From Candidatus Giovannonibacteria bacterium RIFCSPHIGHO2_12_FULL_44_22 (GTDB taxonomy: Bacteria > Patescibacteriota > Minisyncoccia > UBA11713 > 2-01-FULL-45-33), in NCBI GenBank assembly GCA_001778695.1, contig MFHU01000004.1:210-64209 (forward strand): a stretch of 64,000 bases of DNA. The letters are read 5' to 3'. The translations under genes were made by a program, and so were the position numbers. The notes under the pieces were generated by a model. The model saw only the letters and a program-made list of their open reading frames with translations. It ran no database searches and was not told the origin of the DNA. Shown piece after piece: positions 38,897 to 47,761 of this stretch (positions are counted from its first letter, which is position 1; every line of letters begins with the position of its first letter).

Positions 38897-40621
38897 ATGA
38901 CCAATCAGGAAATCGCTAAAATTTTGCGGGAGATGGCGGAGCTCTATGAAATGGAGGATGTGCTTTTCAAGCCGCGCGCTTATGAAAAAGCCGCTTCTGG
39001 CGTGGAAGCTTTGGACAAGGAAATTAAAGAAATTTTCAAAGCAGAGGGCGAAAAAAGTTTGCTCAAAATTCCTGGCGTTGGGCAAGGGATCGCCTTTCAT
39101 ATTTCGGAGCTTTTAAAAAAGGGACATTTTCAAGAATACGACCGGCTCAAGAAAAAAACTCCTGTAAATATTTCGGAACTATCCACGATTGAGGGTGTTG
39201 GCCCAAAAATGATAAAAATTTTATACCAAAAATTAAAAATAAAAAATTTAAAAGATTTAGAACGCGCAGCTCAAGCCGGCAAAATCGCGAAGCTCTCCCG
39301 TTTCGGCAAAAAATCAGAAGAGAAAATTTTAAAAGGCATAGAATTTTTGAAAAAATCCGGCGGCCGGCAAGTTTTAGGGTTTTTACTTCCGGAAATCAGG
39401 GCTTTGGAAAAAATGATTCAAAATTTTCCTGAAGTTGAGGAGGCGATCGTGGCCGGCTCTGTCAGAAGAAGAAAAGAGACAATCGGCGATATTGATATTT
39501 TGGCGATTTCCAAAAAACCGGAGAAAGTAATGGAGCGCTTTATAACTTTGCCTCAAGTGGCGCATGTTTATGCCAAAGGCAAAACTAAAACAATGATTAA
39601 ATTAAAAAACGATTTGGACGCGGATTTACGCGTCGTACCCAAAGAATCATACGGGGCGGCGCTTAATTATTTTACCGGTTCCAAAGATCACAATGTGGCT
39701 TTGAGAGAGACGGCAATTAAACGAGGATGGAAATTAAACGAATATGGGCTGTGGCGCGGCAAAAAACAGGTCGCCGGTCGCACGGAGGAAGAAATTTATA
39801 AAGCGCTGGGGTTCCATTATATTGAACCGGAGATGAGAGAAAATAATGGCGAGTTGGCATTAGCCAAGGCCGGCAAATTGCCGAAACTGATTGGCTACGG
39901 AGATTTACTGGGAGATTTACAAACGCAGACAAATTGGACCGACGGCGAGGACTCAATTGAAAAAATGGCTGAGGAAGCCGAAAAGTTTGGCTTGGAATAT
40001 ATTGTGATAACCGACCACACAAAATCTTTGGCAATGACCGGCGGCGCGGACGAAAAAAAATTGCTGAAGCAGATGGCGGAGATTGATAAAATTAATCTTA
40101 AATTGAAAATTAAAAATTGTAAATTGAAAATTCTTAAGGGCGCGGAGGTGAATATCGGAAAAGACGGCTCTTTGGATATTAAAGATGAGGTTTTGAAAAA
40201 ATTAGATGTGGTCGGGGCGGCTGTGCACAGCCATTTTAAGCTTTCTCGTAATGAGGAGACCAAGCGCGTAATCCGGGCGATGGAAAATCCCAATGTGGAC
40301 ATAATTTTTCACCTGACCGGCAGGATTATAAACCGCCGGGAGCCGATTGAAATTGATATTGATGAAATTATAAAAGCCGCCAAGCGCACCGGCACGGTTT
40401 TGGAAATTGACGCTTTTCCTGACAGGTTAGACATTAAGGATGATTATATAAAAAAGTGCGTGGAAGCGGGCGTGAAAATGTCCATTGATTCCGACGCGCA
40501 TTCAGCCGCGCATTTTAAATTTTTAGAAATCGGCATTGCTCAAGCTCGCCGCGGCTGGGCGGAGAAAAGCGACATAATAAACGCCTGGCCGTTGGAAAAA
40601 ATGCTGAAAATGCTAAAGTAG
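38897..40621 (+). CDS. polX: DNA polymerase/3'-5' exonuclease PolX (Pol beta-like NT domain + PHP domain)
   Basis: HhH motifs, GSVRRRKETIGDIDIL nucleotidyltransferase motif, C-terminal PHP histidines. Confidence 0.85.
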   Translation: MTNQEIAKILREMAELYEMEDVLFKPRAYEKAASGVEALDKEIKEIFKAEGEKSLLKIPGVGQGIAFHISELLKKGHFQEYDRLKKKTPVNISELSTIEGVGPKMIKILYQKLKIKNLKDLERAAQAGKIAKLSRFGKKSEEKILKGIEFLKKSGGRQVLGFLLPEIRALEKMIQNFPEVEEAIVAGSVRRRKETIGDIDILAISKKPEKVMERFITLPQVAHVYAKGKTKTMIKLKNDLDADLRVVPKESYGAALNYFTGSKDHNVALRETAIKRGWKLNEYGLWRGKKQVAGRTEEEIYKALGFHYIEPEMRENNGELALAKAGKLPKLIGYGDLLGDLQTQTNWTDGEDSIEKMAEEAEKFGLEYIVITDHTKSLAMTGGADEKKLLKQMAEIDKINLKLKIKNCKLKILKGAEVNIGKDGSLDIKDEVLKKLDVVGAAVHSHFKLSRNEETKRVIRAMENPNVDIIFHLTGRIINRREPIEIDIDEIIKAAKRTGTVLEIDAFPDRLDIKDDYIKKCVEAGVKMSIDSDAHSAAHFKFLEIGIAQARRGWAEKSDIINAWPLEKMLKMLK

Positions 40622-40626
40622 AAACA

Positions 40627-41328
40627 ATGCCTATCTTGGAAGTAAAAAATTTAAAAGTGCGCCTTGCCGACCAAATTGTTTTGGAAAACACCGATTTTGT
40701 TTTAGGAAAAGGCGACACCTTAGCCGTCATTGGCCCCAATGGTTCCGGCAAAACCACATTGCTCCGCGCCATTTTAGGAGCGCTATCTTATGAGGGCGAA
40801 ATTATACTTGCTCCCGAAACGCGCATAGGATACGTGCCCCAAAAAATTGATTTGGAAAGGGATTTGCCCATCACCGTCCAAGAATTTCTTCTGCTTAAAT
40901 CAATGCAAGGCGAATCCTCGGCCTACTCTCCGCGCCAAGCTTTGGAGCTGGTGAACCTTTCGGCGGATTTTTTAAAAAAAAGAATCGGAGAACTTTCCGC
41001 CGGCGAGTTTCAGCGCGCGCTGATTGCATGGGCTGTGATTGACCGACCGAATCTTTTGCTTTTTGACGAGCCCACGGCTAGCGTGGACGTGGCTGGGCAA
41101 GAAACAGTCTACGAGCTATTGCACCGGCTTCATGATAAATACGATCTCACTTTGATTTTGATTTCACACGACCTTACCGTGGTTTATCGCTACGCAAATA
41201 AAGTGCTTTGCTTAAATCGCGCCCAGGTTTGCTTCGGCGCGCCCAGCGAAGTTTTAACTCCGCAGGAATTGGAAAAACTTTACGGCGGGGGACATAAATT
41301 TTATCATCATACTCACGAAAAAACTTAA
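40627..41328 (+). CDS. znuC: Metal (Zn/Mn) ABC transporter ATP-binding protein
   Basis: Walker A GPNGSGKTT, LSGGE signature, Walker B. Confidence 0.8.
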   Translation: MPILEVKNLKVRLADQIVLENTDFVLGKGDTLAVIGPNGSGKTTLLRAILGALSYEGEIILAPETRIGYVPQKIDLERDLPITVQEFLLLKSMQGESSAYSPRQALELVNLSADFLKKRIGELSAGEFQRALIAWAVIDRPNLLLFDEPTASVDVAGQETVYELLHRLHDKYDLTLILISHDLTVVYRYANKVLCLNRAQVCFGAPSEVLTPQELEKLYGGGHKFYHHTHEKT

Positions 41329-41333
41329 AATAT

Positions 41334-42098
41334 ATGGATGCAAATTTATTAAAAATTTTTATCGCAGCTGGCTTGATTGCCGCTTCGGGCGGCATGCTGG
41401 GATCTTTGGCGCTTTTAAGGCGCATGGCTTTGGTTGGGGACGCGCTTTCCCACGTGGCACTTCCGGGTGTGGCTTTGGGGATTTTATTTCATTTTAATCC
41501 ATTTTTGGGCGCTTTAATTTTTCTGGTTTTTGGCACCTTTGTGATTTGGGCGGTGGAGCATAAAACAAAACTGCCAGTGGACACTTTAGTTGGCGTAATG
41601 TTTACTCTGGCTTTGGCAGTGGGGGCTTTACTTACCCCCAAAGAAGATATTTTAGATGCCTTGTTTGGGGATATTTCCAACATCAGTTCGTTGGATTTTT
41701 GGCTGGCTTCTATTACCTCAATCGTGATCATTATTTTGCTTTTGATGTTTTATAAAAAATTCACGCTGTCTTTAATTTCTCCCGACCTAGCCTTGGCGGC
41801 GGGACAAAAACCGCATATGCTTGAGCTTTTATTTCTTATGATTTTCGCTTTCGCCGTGGCTGTGGGTATAAAATTTACAGGCGCGCTTCTTATGGGCTCG
41901 CTTATCATTATTCCCGCGGCGACCTCCAGGAATATTTCCAAAAGCATGAACCAATACCTAACGCTTTCCGCTCTTTTGGGCGTTTTGGGAGCGGTTTTAG
42001 GGGTTTTGGTTTCCTATTTTTACGGATTCTCTCCCGGCCCTACTTTTGTCCTTTTCTCCGGCGCCATTTTTTTTATTTCAATCTTTTTCAGGAGATGA
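41334..42098 (+). CDS. znuB: Metal ABC transporter permease (ZnuB/MntB-like)
   Basis: ABC-3 family, 8 TM, GDALSHVALPGVA motif. Confidence 0.8.
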   Translation: MDANLLKIFIAAGLIAASGGMLGSLALLRRMALVGDALSHVALPGVALGILFHFNPFLGALIFLVFGTFVIWAVEHKTKLPVDTLVGVMFTLALAVGALLTPKEDILDALFGDISNISSLDFWLASITSIVIIILLLMFYKKFTLSLISPDLALAAGQKPHMLELLFLMIFAFAVAVGIKFTGALLMGSLIIIPAATSRNISKSMNQYLTLSALLGVLGAVLGVLVSYFYGFSPGPTFVLFSGAIFFISIFFRR

Positions 42099-42314
42099 AA
42101 AAGCCCTCACGGATGTGGGGCTTTGTTTCGATTGACTCGCCCTTTTTTAGGCAGAGCAGTTCGGGCTTTCACCAATTGAGGGTTAAGCAAGCGACGAATA
42201 CGTGGAGTCATTATCAATCTCTGGTGCTGATATTGGTTCCCGCTCATCCCCATATCCATACTCATGCCGTGTTTACTCATTATTCATTCCTCCTATTTTG
42301 ATATTAGCACCTTG

Positions 42315-43361
42315 TTAAATATTGTAAAGCTGCTTTAAACTATCGGAATGCATCTCATAAAAATTATTAAGAGTCGTTACGCTTGAATTTGCAGCCATCC
42401 AAGCCGCTACTGCAAAATTAAATTTCGCATCTTTTTTATTTTTTTCTTTCAAAACATTTTTTTCTACAAATGCTTCCAAATGTGCTGGATATTTTCTTAA
42501 TGTTTCATCGAGATATTTTTCTTCGCCAGTCATTTCATAAAGCCGGAAAAGGTATCGAGAATCACCACCGCCGATTTCTATATATTGTTTATAAGAATCT
42601 TTTTTAAGATCTTCGTCCTTCATTTCTTGAGCGATGCCCCATAATAAAGAATATGCTTCTCGATTTTCAGACCAAAGTTTTAAAGCTTTGGCGCATAGTT
42701 CTTTTAAATATGCCCTATCATATTTTCTTGATACAAGAATATCTCTAGCTTGTTGCAAATAAATATGGCTTGCTAAAGCTTCGAATGTCGCCGGAATTCT
42801 TGATTCGGCTTCAGGCGACCATCTAGGATTTTCTTCTATGTCATCTAAATTTGTGGTTTCAAATGTTTTCCTGTCTAGAATAAGATTCGGGTGTTGAATT
42901 GGCATAAAGCGATAAAGCGGATGCTCGGCTTGGTCGCTTATTTTTGGAAGCATTGGTTTATCATAATCAAAATGATCGCCTCGCAAAAGCTCTTCAAAGA
43001 TTTCTTTCTCTTTCTCAAACACCGCGTCTTTCGGAGTTGTAATAATTTCATATTGCGGCTTGAATCCGCGCTCATAAAGAAGGGAACCGATCATTAGGCT
43101 AAGGCCAAGGCAATTCCCGCTTTTTTCGCGAATCATATCCTGCAGTTTGAAAACGCGCTCGTCGTAAACGAAGCCGGTTTTTATAAGAAAATGCCTAATA
43201 GCTACCGCGGCTTGAAATGCGTCTTGGGGTAGCTCTGGCAAATCTTTAAAATATTCTTGTGTTTTTTCTATATCCGAAACGTTAGCTCCGGATACTTCTT
43301 GGAATAACTGATAGTATTTATTCTTTTCACCAATTGGTTTGTTTTCTAGATTTTCCATCAT
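42315..43361 (-). CDS. Hypothetical protein (348 aa), possible transglutaminase-like Cys (SGNCLGLSLM)
   Basis: Only sizeable minus-strand ORF here; no clear family. Confidence 0.45.
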   Translation of the reverse strand: MMENLENKPIGEKNKYYQLFQEVSGANVSDIEKTQEYFKDLPELPQDAFQAAVAIRHFLIKTGFVYDERVFKLQDMIREKSGNCLGLSLMIGSLLYERGFKPQYEIITTPKDAVFEKEKEIFEELLRGDHFDYDKPMLPKISDQAEHPLYRFMPIQHPNLILDRKTFETTNLDDIEENPRWSPEAESRIPATFEALASHIYLQQARDILVSRKYDRAYLKELCAKALKLWSENREAYSLLWGIAQEMKDEDLKKDSYKQYIEIGGGDSRYLFRLYEMTGEEKYLDETLRKYPAHLEAFVEKNVLKEKNKKDAKFNFAVAAWMAANSSVTTLNNFYEMHSDSLKQLYNI

Positions 43362-43389
43362 ATTTTACTTCAAATCAATGCATTTTGGA

Positions 43390-43734
43390 TTACCGCGTTT
43401 CTTTCACTATATGTTGAAAAACCGCGGGATATTTTTCGGCGAGTTCGGCGAGCATTTTGCGGTTGATTTCCACGCCGGATTTTTTTAGTTGAAATATCAG
43501 CTTGCTGTAAGATAATCCATTCTCGCGCGAGGCAGCGTTTATTTTTATATTCCAAAGTTTTCGGAAATTTCTTTTCTTTTTTCTGCGGTCGTGGAAAGCG
43601 TGCACGCCAGCGTGGAGCAACGCCTCTTTAGCGGCGCGCTCTTTGGATTTTCTTTGCCACCTAAAACCCTTGGTTTGCCCAAGAACTTTATGCCGCCTTT
43701 TTAACGCGATTTTAGCCCGTTTAACTCTGGTCAT
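43390..43734 (-). CDS. rplT: 50S ribosomal protein L20
   Basis: MTRVKRAKIALKRRHKVL... Confidence 0.92.
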   Translation of the reverse strand: MTRVKRAKIALKRRHKVLGQTKGFRWQRKSKERAAKEALLHAGVHAFHDRRKKKRNFRKLWNIKINAASRENGLSYSKLIFQLKKSGVEINRKMLAELAEKYPAVFQHIVKETR

Positions 43735-43735
43735 A

Positions 43736-43924
43736 TCAGTGTTTTAAATAAGCGATAATCATGCGCTTTTGGATTTGGCTCAAATCCGAGGCACGCTTTT
43801 TTGGAAGCTGTTTCTCGCGGCTTTTTTTTGCTTGAAAGTGGTTGATGCCGCTTCCGTGTTTTAAAATTTTTCCGGAAGAGGTAATGCGCATTCTTTTTAA
43901 TATTGATTTTCTTGTTTTTGCCAT
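43736..43924 (-). CDS. rpmI: 50S ribosomal protein L35
   Basis: MAKTRKSILKRMRITSSGK. Confidence 0.88.
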   Translation of the reverse strand: MAKTRKSILKRMRITSSGKILKHGSGINHFQAKKSREKQLPKKRASDLSQIQKRMIIAYLKH

Positions 43925-43940
43925 TGGTCTGAATAATGTA

Positions 43941-44447
43941 TCATTTTTTAGGCCCGATAGTCAAGGAGAGCCCCCGAGGTCCCTTTTTGATTACGTCTTT
44001 TTCAAAACCGTGCGAGATAATGCTCAAAACGCGCTCAATACGGCCCTCCAAAAATTTTCTGTCCAAATATTTTTCCCGCCCCCGCAAAGCAAGATCTATT
44101 TTTATTTTATTGCCCTCTTTTAAAAATTCGTCGGCTTGCTGGGCTTTCATTTCCAGATCGTGCGGAGACGTTCCGATGCCGATGCGCACGCTTTTTATTT
44201 CAACATCTTTTTGTTTTTTAGCAGCAGCCCTCCGCTTTTTTTCCTGCTCGTAAAAATATTTCCCGCGGTCCATTATTTTGGCCACGGGGGGATTTGCGGC
44301 GGGGGAAATTTCTATAAGGTCCATCCCGACCTCGCGGGCGAGCCGCAGGGCTTCCTCCGTAGCCAAAACTCCGAGGTTTTTCCCCTCTTGGTCTATTACC
44401 CGCAATTCCCGCGCGCTTATTTGATTATTGATTCTTGATCGTTGGAT
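43941..44447 (-). CDS. infC: Translation initiation factor IF-3 (probable non-AUG start: AUC ~44447; ORF track uses TTG 44405)
   Basis: In-frame upstream codons encode ...IQRSRINNQISARELRVIDQEGKNLGV, matching the IF3 N-domain. Confidence 0.8.
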   Translation of the reverse strand: MQRSRINNQISARELRVIDQEGKNLGVLATEEALRLAREVGMDLIEISPAANPPVAKIMDRGKYFYEQEKKRRAAAKKQKDVEIKSVRIGIGTSPHDLEMKAQQADEFLKEGNKIKIDLALRGREKYLDRKFLEGRIERVLSIISHGFEKDVIKKGPRGLSLTIGPKK

Positions 44448-44492
44448 AGGATTATCTTAGCAGATTTCACGCGCTTTGGCTATACTTAGCTT

Positions 44493-44939
44493 ATGGCAAC
44501 CTTGGCGGAAAATAGGAAAGCGAGATTTGAGTTTGAGATAATGGAAGCTTTTGAAGCGGGGCTGGAGCTTTTTGGTTTTGAAGTGAAAGCAATAAAATCG
44601 CGCAAGATGAGTTTGGAGGGTTCCTATGTTTTTCCGCGTCTAGGCGAATTTTATTTAGTTGGAGCGACCGTTGCGCCGTATCAGCCGAAAAATACGCCCA
44701 AGGATTATGACCAGGCACGCGAGCGCCGGCTATTATTGCATAAAAAAGAGATAGATTATTTAATTGGCAAGGCCGCCGCCAGAAGCTTGACGATATTGCC
44801 CCTTCGGGTATATACTAAGGGTTCTATAATTAAGCTGGAAATCGCGGTTGCCCGAAGGTTGAAACAACGCGACCAAAGAGCGAAAATTATGGAAAGGGAA
44901 GACAAAAGAAAAATTGAGAGAACATTGAAAGAAATTTAA
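44493..44939 (+). CDS. smpB: SsrA-binding protein SmpB
   Basis: ENRKARFEFEI...GFEVKAIK... Confidence 0.92.
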   Translation: MATLAENRKARFEFEIMEAFEAGLELFGFEVKAIKSRKMSLEGSYVFPRLGEFYLVGATVAPYQPKNTPKDYDQARERRLLLHKKEIDYLIGKAAARSLTILPLRVYTKGSIIKLEIAVARRLKQRDQRAKIMEREDKRKIERTLKEI

Positions 44940-45283
44940 GGGGATGATCGGCCTCGAGGGAGAGCGATTGATCATGCGTTCAGGCACCCCGCCAGGGCGG
45001 GGTTAAATCTCACCCCTGGGAAATCAATAAGTGCAAACTTATTTTCTAAAGTAACCGCTGCTTTTGGCGCTTTGCGTCCAATGCAGTTGGCAACTTCTTA
45101 CGCTTAACCGCGTAGGCATCCGTCCTTGATTCTCGCTAAAGGGTCGCGGGTGTTATAAGCGAGAAAAACTCTATCAAGAGTATAACTTGAAAAAATTTTT
45201 CCCGAGAGCAATCGAGGGAATAAGCCTGTAAACCGTAGATCATGATTTTTTCCGACCCGGGTTCAATTCCCGGCATCTCCACA
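44940..45283 (+). ncRNA. ssrA: tmRNA (SsrA)
   Basis: 5' GGGGAUG pairs with 3' CAUCUCC acceptor stem; T-arm CCGGGTTCAATTCCCGG; follows smpB; candidate tag ORF ...ATSYA*. Confidence 0.7.
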
Positions 45284-45312
45284 TCTTGGGTTTTTTAAGC
45301 TAAAGTTAACTT

Positions 45313-46914
45313 ATGTTTCGCGCCGAAATTAAGGAAGAGATAAAAAAGATTGTTAAAAAAATTTTTCTCGCCCAAGGCGGGCCAACCTTAGGCTGGTCGG
45401 TTGAAAGAAGTGAATCCGCCAGCTGGCGGACGGAGCATGGAGATTATTCCAGCAACGCGGCTCTGGTTTTAGCAAAAAGAGAGACGAAAAATCCTAGAGA
45501 AGTTGCGGAGGAAATTAAACAACAGTTACTTAGACGTCCGACATCTAAGTCCGAGAAGACGTTCGACGTCTTGAAATTTATCGAGCGGGTTGAAATCGCA
45601 GGACCGGGATTTTTGAATTTTTTTATTTCGCGCTCCGCGCTAACCGCAGAGCTCCAAGGTATTTTAAAAAATAAGAAATCTATTTTTAAATCCAATAATG
45701 ATAAATTGCGAATAAATCTTGAATTTGTTTCGGCAAACCCAACTGGACCGTTAACCATGGCCAATAGCAGAGGCGGTTTTTACGGCGACGCGCTGGCAAA
45801 TATTTTAAAGGCGGTTGGCCACAAGGTCACGCGAGAATATTTTATTAATGACGCAGGCAACCAAATAAAACTTTTGGGCGAAAGTATTTTAGCGGCTGAA
45901 GGCAATCTGCCAGCTGGCGGACCCGTAAAAGAAGAATATTATAAGGGCGCGTATATAAAAAAATTAAAAGGCAAGACCGCGGACGAGGCTGTAAAAATTT
46001 TGCTTTCTGGAATCAAAAAGTCTTTAAAAAAAGCAGGAATAAAATTTGATGTTTGGTTTTCGGAAGAAAAGAATTTGCGAAAAAAAGGGGAACTAAAAAA
46101 AGTTTTAGAGCTTTTAAATAAAAAAAAGTTATTAAAAGAGAGGGGGGGAGCGTTATGGCTTGGGGATGCCGTAGCTGTCAAATCAAATCAGGAATATACT
46201 TATTTTTTGGCGGATTTGGCGTACCACTATGATAAATTTATAAAAAGAAAATTTGATTTGGTTATTAATATTTGGGGAGCGGATCACCATGGCTATGTCG
46301 CGCGGATGCAAAAAGGAGCCGAAGCTCTAAGCGTTAATCCGGCGCGCCTTAAAATTATTATTATGCAGTTGGTGCGCTTGATAAGCCAGGGAAAAGAAGT
46401 AAAAATGTCCAAGCGCGCTGGGGAATTCATAACTTTGGACGATTTATTAAAAGAAGTTGGGCTTGACGCCGCTCGTTGGTTTTTTTTAGAGCGCTCGCCG
46501 GACACCCATATGGATTTTGATTTGGATTTGGCGAAAGAGCGTTCTAAAAAAAATCCGGTTTATTACGTCCAGTACGCGCACGCGAGAGCATGCAGTATTT
46601 TACGAAAAGGCAAGGCGGGGAAAAAGCCCAATCTTCAATTATTAATTCAACCAGAAGAATTTACTCTCATCAAAAAAATTCTGCAACTTTCTGAAATTAT
46701 TGAAGATATCACTGGCGATTTTCAGGTTCATCGGCTTACCCGCTATGTCTATGAGCTTGCGCAGGCCTTTACGAATTTTTATGAAAAACAACATGTAATT
46801 GATAAAGAAAATAAAGAGCTAACACAAGCCCGCTTAGCATTAGTTTCGGCAACGCAAAAAACCATAAAAAACGGTCTGAATCTTCTGGGTATTTCCGCTC
46901 CGGAGAAAATGTGA
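45313..46914 (+). CDS. argS: Arginine--tRNA ligase
   Basis: ArgRS N-domain, class I catalytic core, DALR anticodon-binding domain. Confidence 0.9.
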   Translation: MFRAEIKEEIKKIVKKIFLAQGGPTLGWSVERSESASWRTEHGDYSSNAALVLAKRETKNPREVAEEIKQQLLRRPTSKSEKTFDVLKFIERVEIAGPGFLNFFISRSALTAELQGILKNKKSIFKSNNDKLRINLEFVSANPTGPLTMANSRGGFYGDALANILKAVGHKVTREYFINDAGNQIKLLGESILAAEGNLPAGGPVKEEYYKGAYIKKLKGKTADEAVKILLSGIKKSLKKAGIKFDVWFSEEKNLRKKGELKKVLELLNKKKLLKERGGALWLGDAVAVKSNQEYTYFLADLAYHYDKFIKRKFDLVINIWGADHHGYVARMQKGAEALSVNPARLKIIIMQLVRLISQGKEVKMSKRAGEFITLDDLLKEVGLDAARWFFLERSPDTHMDFDLDLAKERSKKNPVYYVQYAHARACSILRKGKAGKKPNLQLLIQPEEFTLIKKILQLSEIIEDITGDFQVHRLTRYVYELAQAFTNFYEKQHVIDKENKELTQARLALVSATQKTIKNGLNLLGISAPEKM

Positions 46915-46959
46915 TAGATTTGAGTTAGATAAAAAGATACACAAAGAGAGGAGGCTGTT

Positions 46960-47613
46960 ATGCAAAAATATATCGCAATTGCTTTTTTATTTTTTCTTTG
47001 GTCATTTTCAATCGGGCTTGCCCAAGATAGGCCGGCGGAATTCAAAGAATTCGAGGAAATAGTTTCATGGGTTCTTAGATTTTCTGATGGATACGCGATT
47101 CCTAATCAAAGGCAAGCATGGATTAAGCAAGCAGAACGATATGAAGCTTTTGCTGCAAAATATCCGAAATCACCGCTTGTCGCTGAAGCAAAACTGCAGG
47201 CAGCTTCCATTTACCGGACGATAGAAACTCCGGAAGTCGGCGATTTGCGCATAGAAGCGGAAAATTGCGTCGCCAGAGCTCCCAGAAAAACATACATAGA
47301 GATTTGCGAAATTCTGTTTAATTTGAAAATTCGCGGGATGGAAAAAGATAAATTTTTCTTAGACAAGGCCAACAAAATGTTCTTGGAAATTGCGGAAAAA
47401 TTTGGGCACGAGAAAAGATATGTAATGTCCAGTCAACGCGCGGGCCGCTTCGAATTTGTGGATGAAGACGTTGGCGCTTACGCCCTTATGATATTTGTGG
47501 AGAGTATTTCTGACAAGCAAACACATCGTAGTTTGATGAGTATAATTTTGAAGCATTTCAAAATAAATGATCAAATTAAAGAAGCCCTTGAGAGTTATTT
47601 GAAAAACAATTAA
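46960..47613 (+). CDS. Hypothetical secreted protein (signal peptide)
   Basis: SD GAGGAGG; MQKYIAIAFLFFLWSFSIGLAQD signal. Confidence 0.5.
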   Translation: MQKYIAIAFLFFLWSFSIGLAQDRPAEFKEFEEIVSWVLRFSDGYAIPNQRQAWIKQAERYEAFAAKYPKSPLVAEAKLQAASIYRTIETPEVGDLRIEAENCVARAPRKTYIEICEILFNLKIRGMEKDKFFLDKANKMFLEIAEKFGHEKRYVMSSQRAGRFEFVDEDVGAYALMIFVESISDKQTHRSLMSIILKHFKINDQIKEALESYLKNN

Positions 47614-47644
47614 CATTTTTCCGTGGTTTGCGCGGAAAAAGACT

Positions 47645-47673
47645 GCCCCGCCTTTCATTAGGCGGGTTTTTTT
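47645..47673 (+). terminator. Rho-independent terminator (CCCCGCC...GGCGGG + T7)
   Basis: GC stem, 8-nt loop, TTTTTTT. Confidence 0.8.
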
Positions 47674-47686
47674 GTTATACTTTTTT

Positions 47687-47761
47687 TATACCAGGCAGTG
47701 AAACTTCGCGTTGCTGCTTGGCAGTTATTAAACTTAACGCGAAGTTCTACTACCTGGTATG
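47687..47761 (+). repeat. Start-codon-associated hairpin element, short form (67 nt), copy 5
   Basis: TATA|CCAGGCAGTGAAACTTCGCGTTG-GCTGCTTGGCAGT-...-AACGCGAAGTTCTACTACCTGG|TATG; 3' ATG = ileS start. Confidence 0.8.

Noticed and set aside
42095-42301. 68-aa ORF between znuB-like gene and the minus-strand 348-aa gene
   Set aside because: No start context or conservation; lies in the convergent intergenic region.
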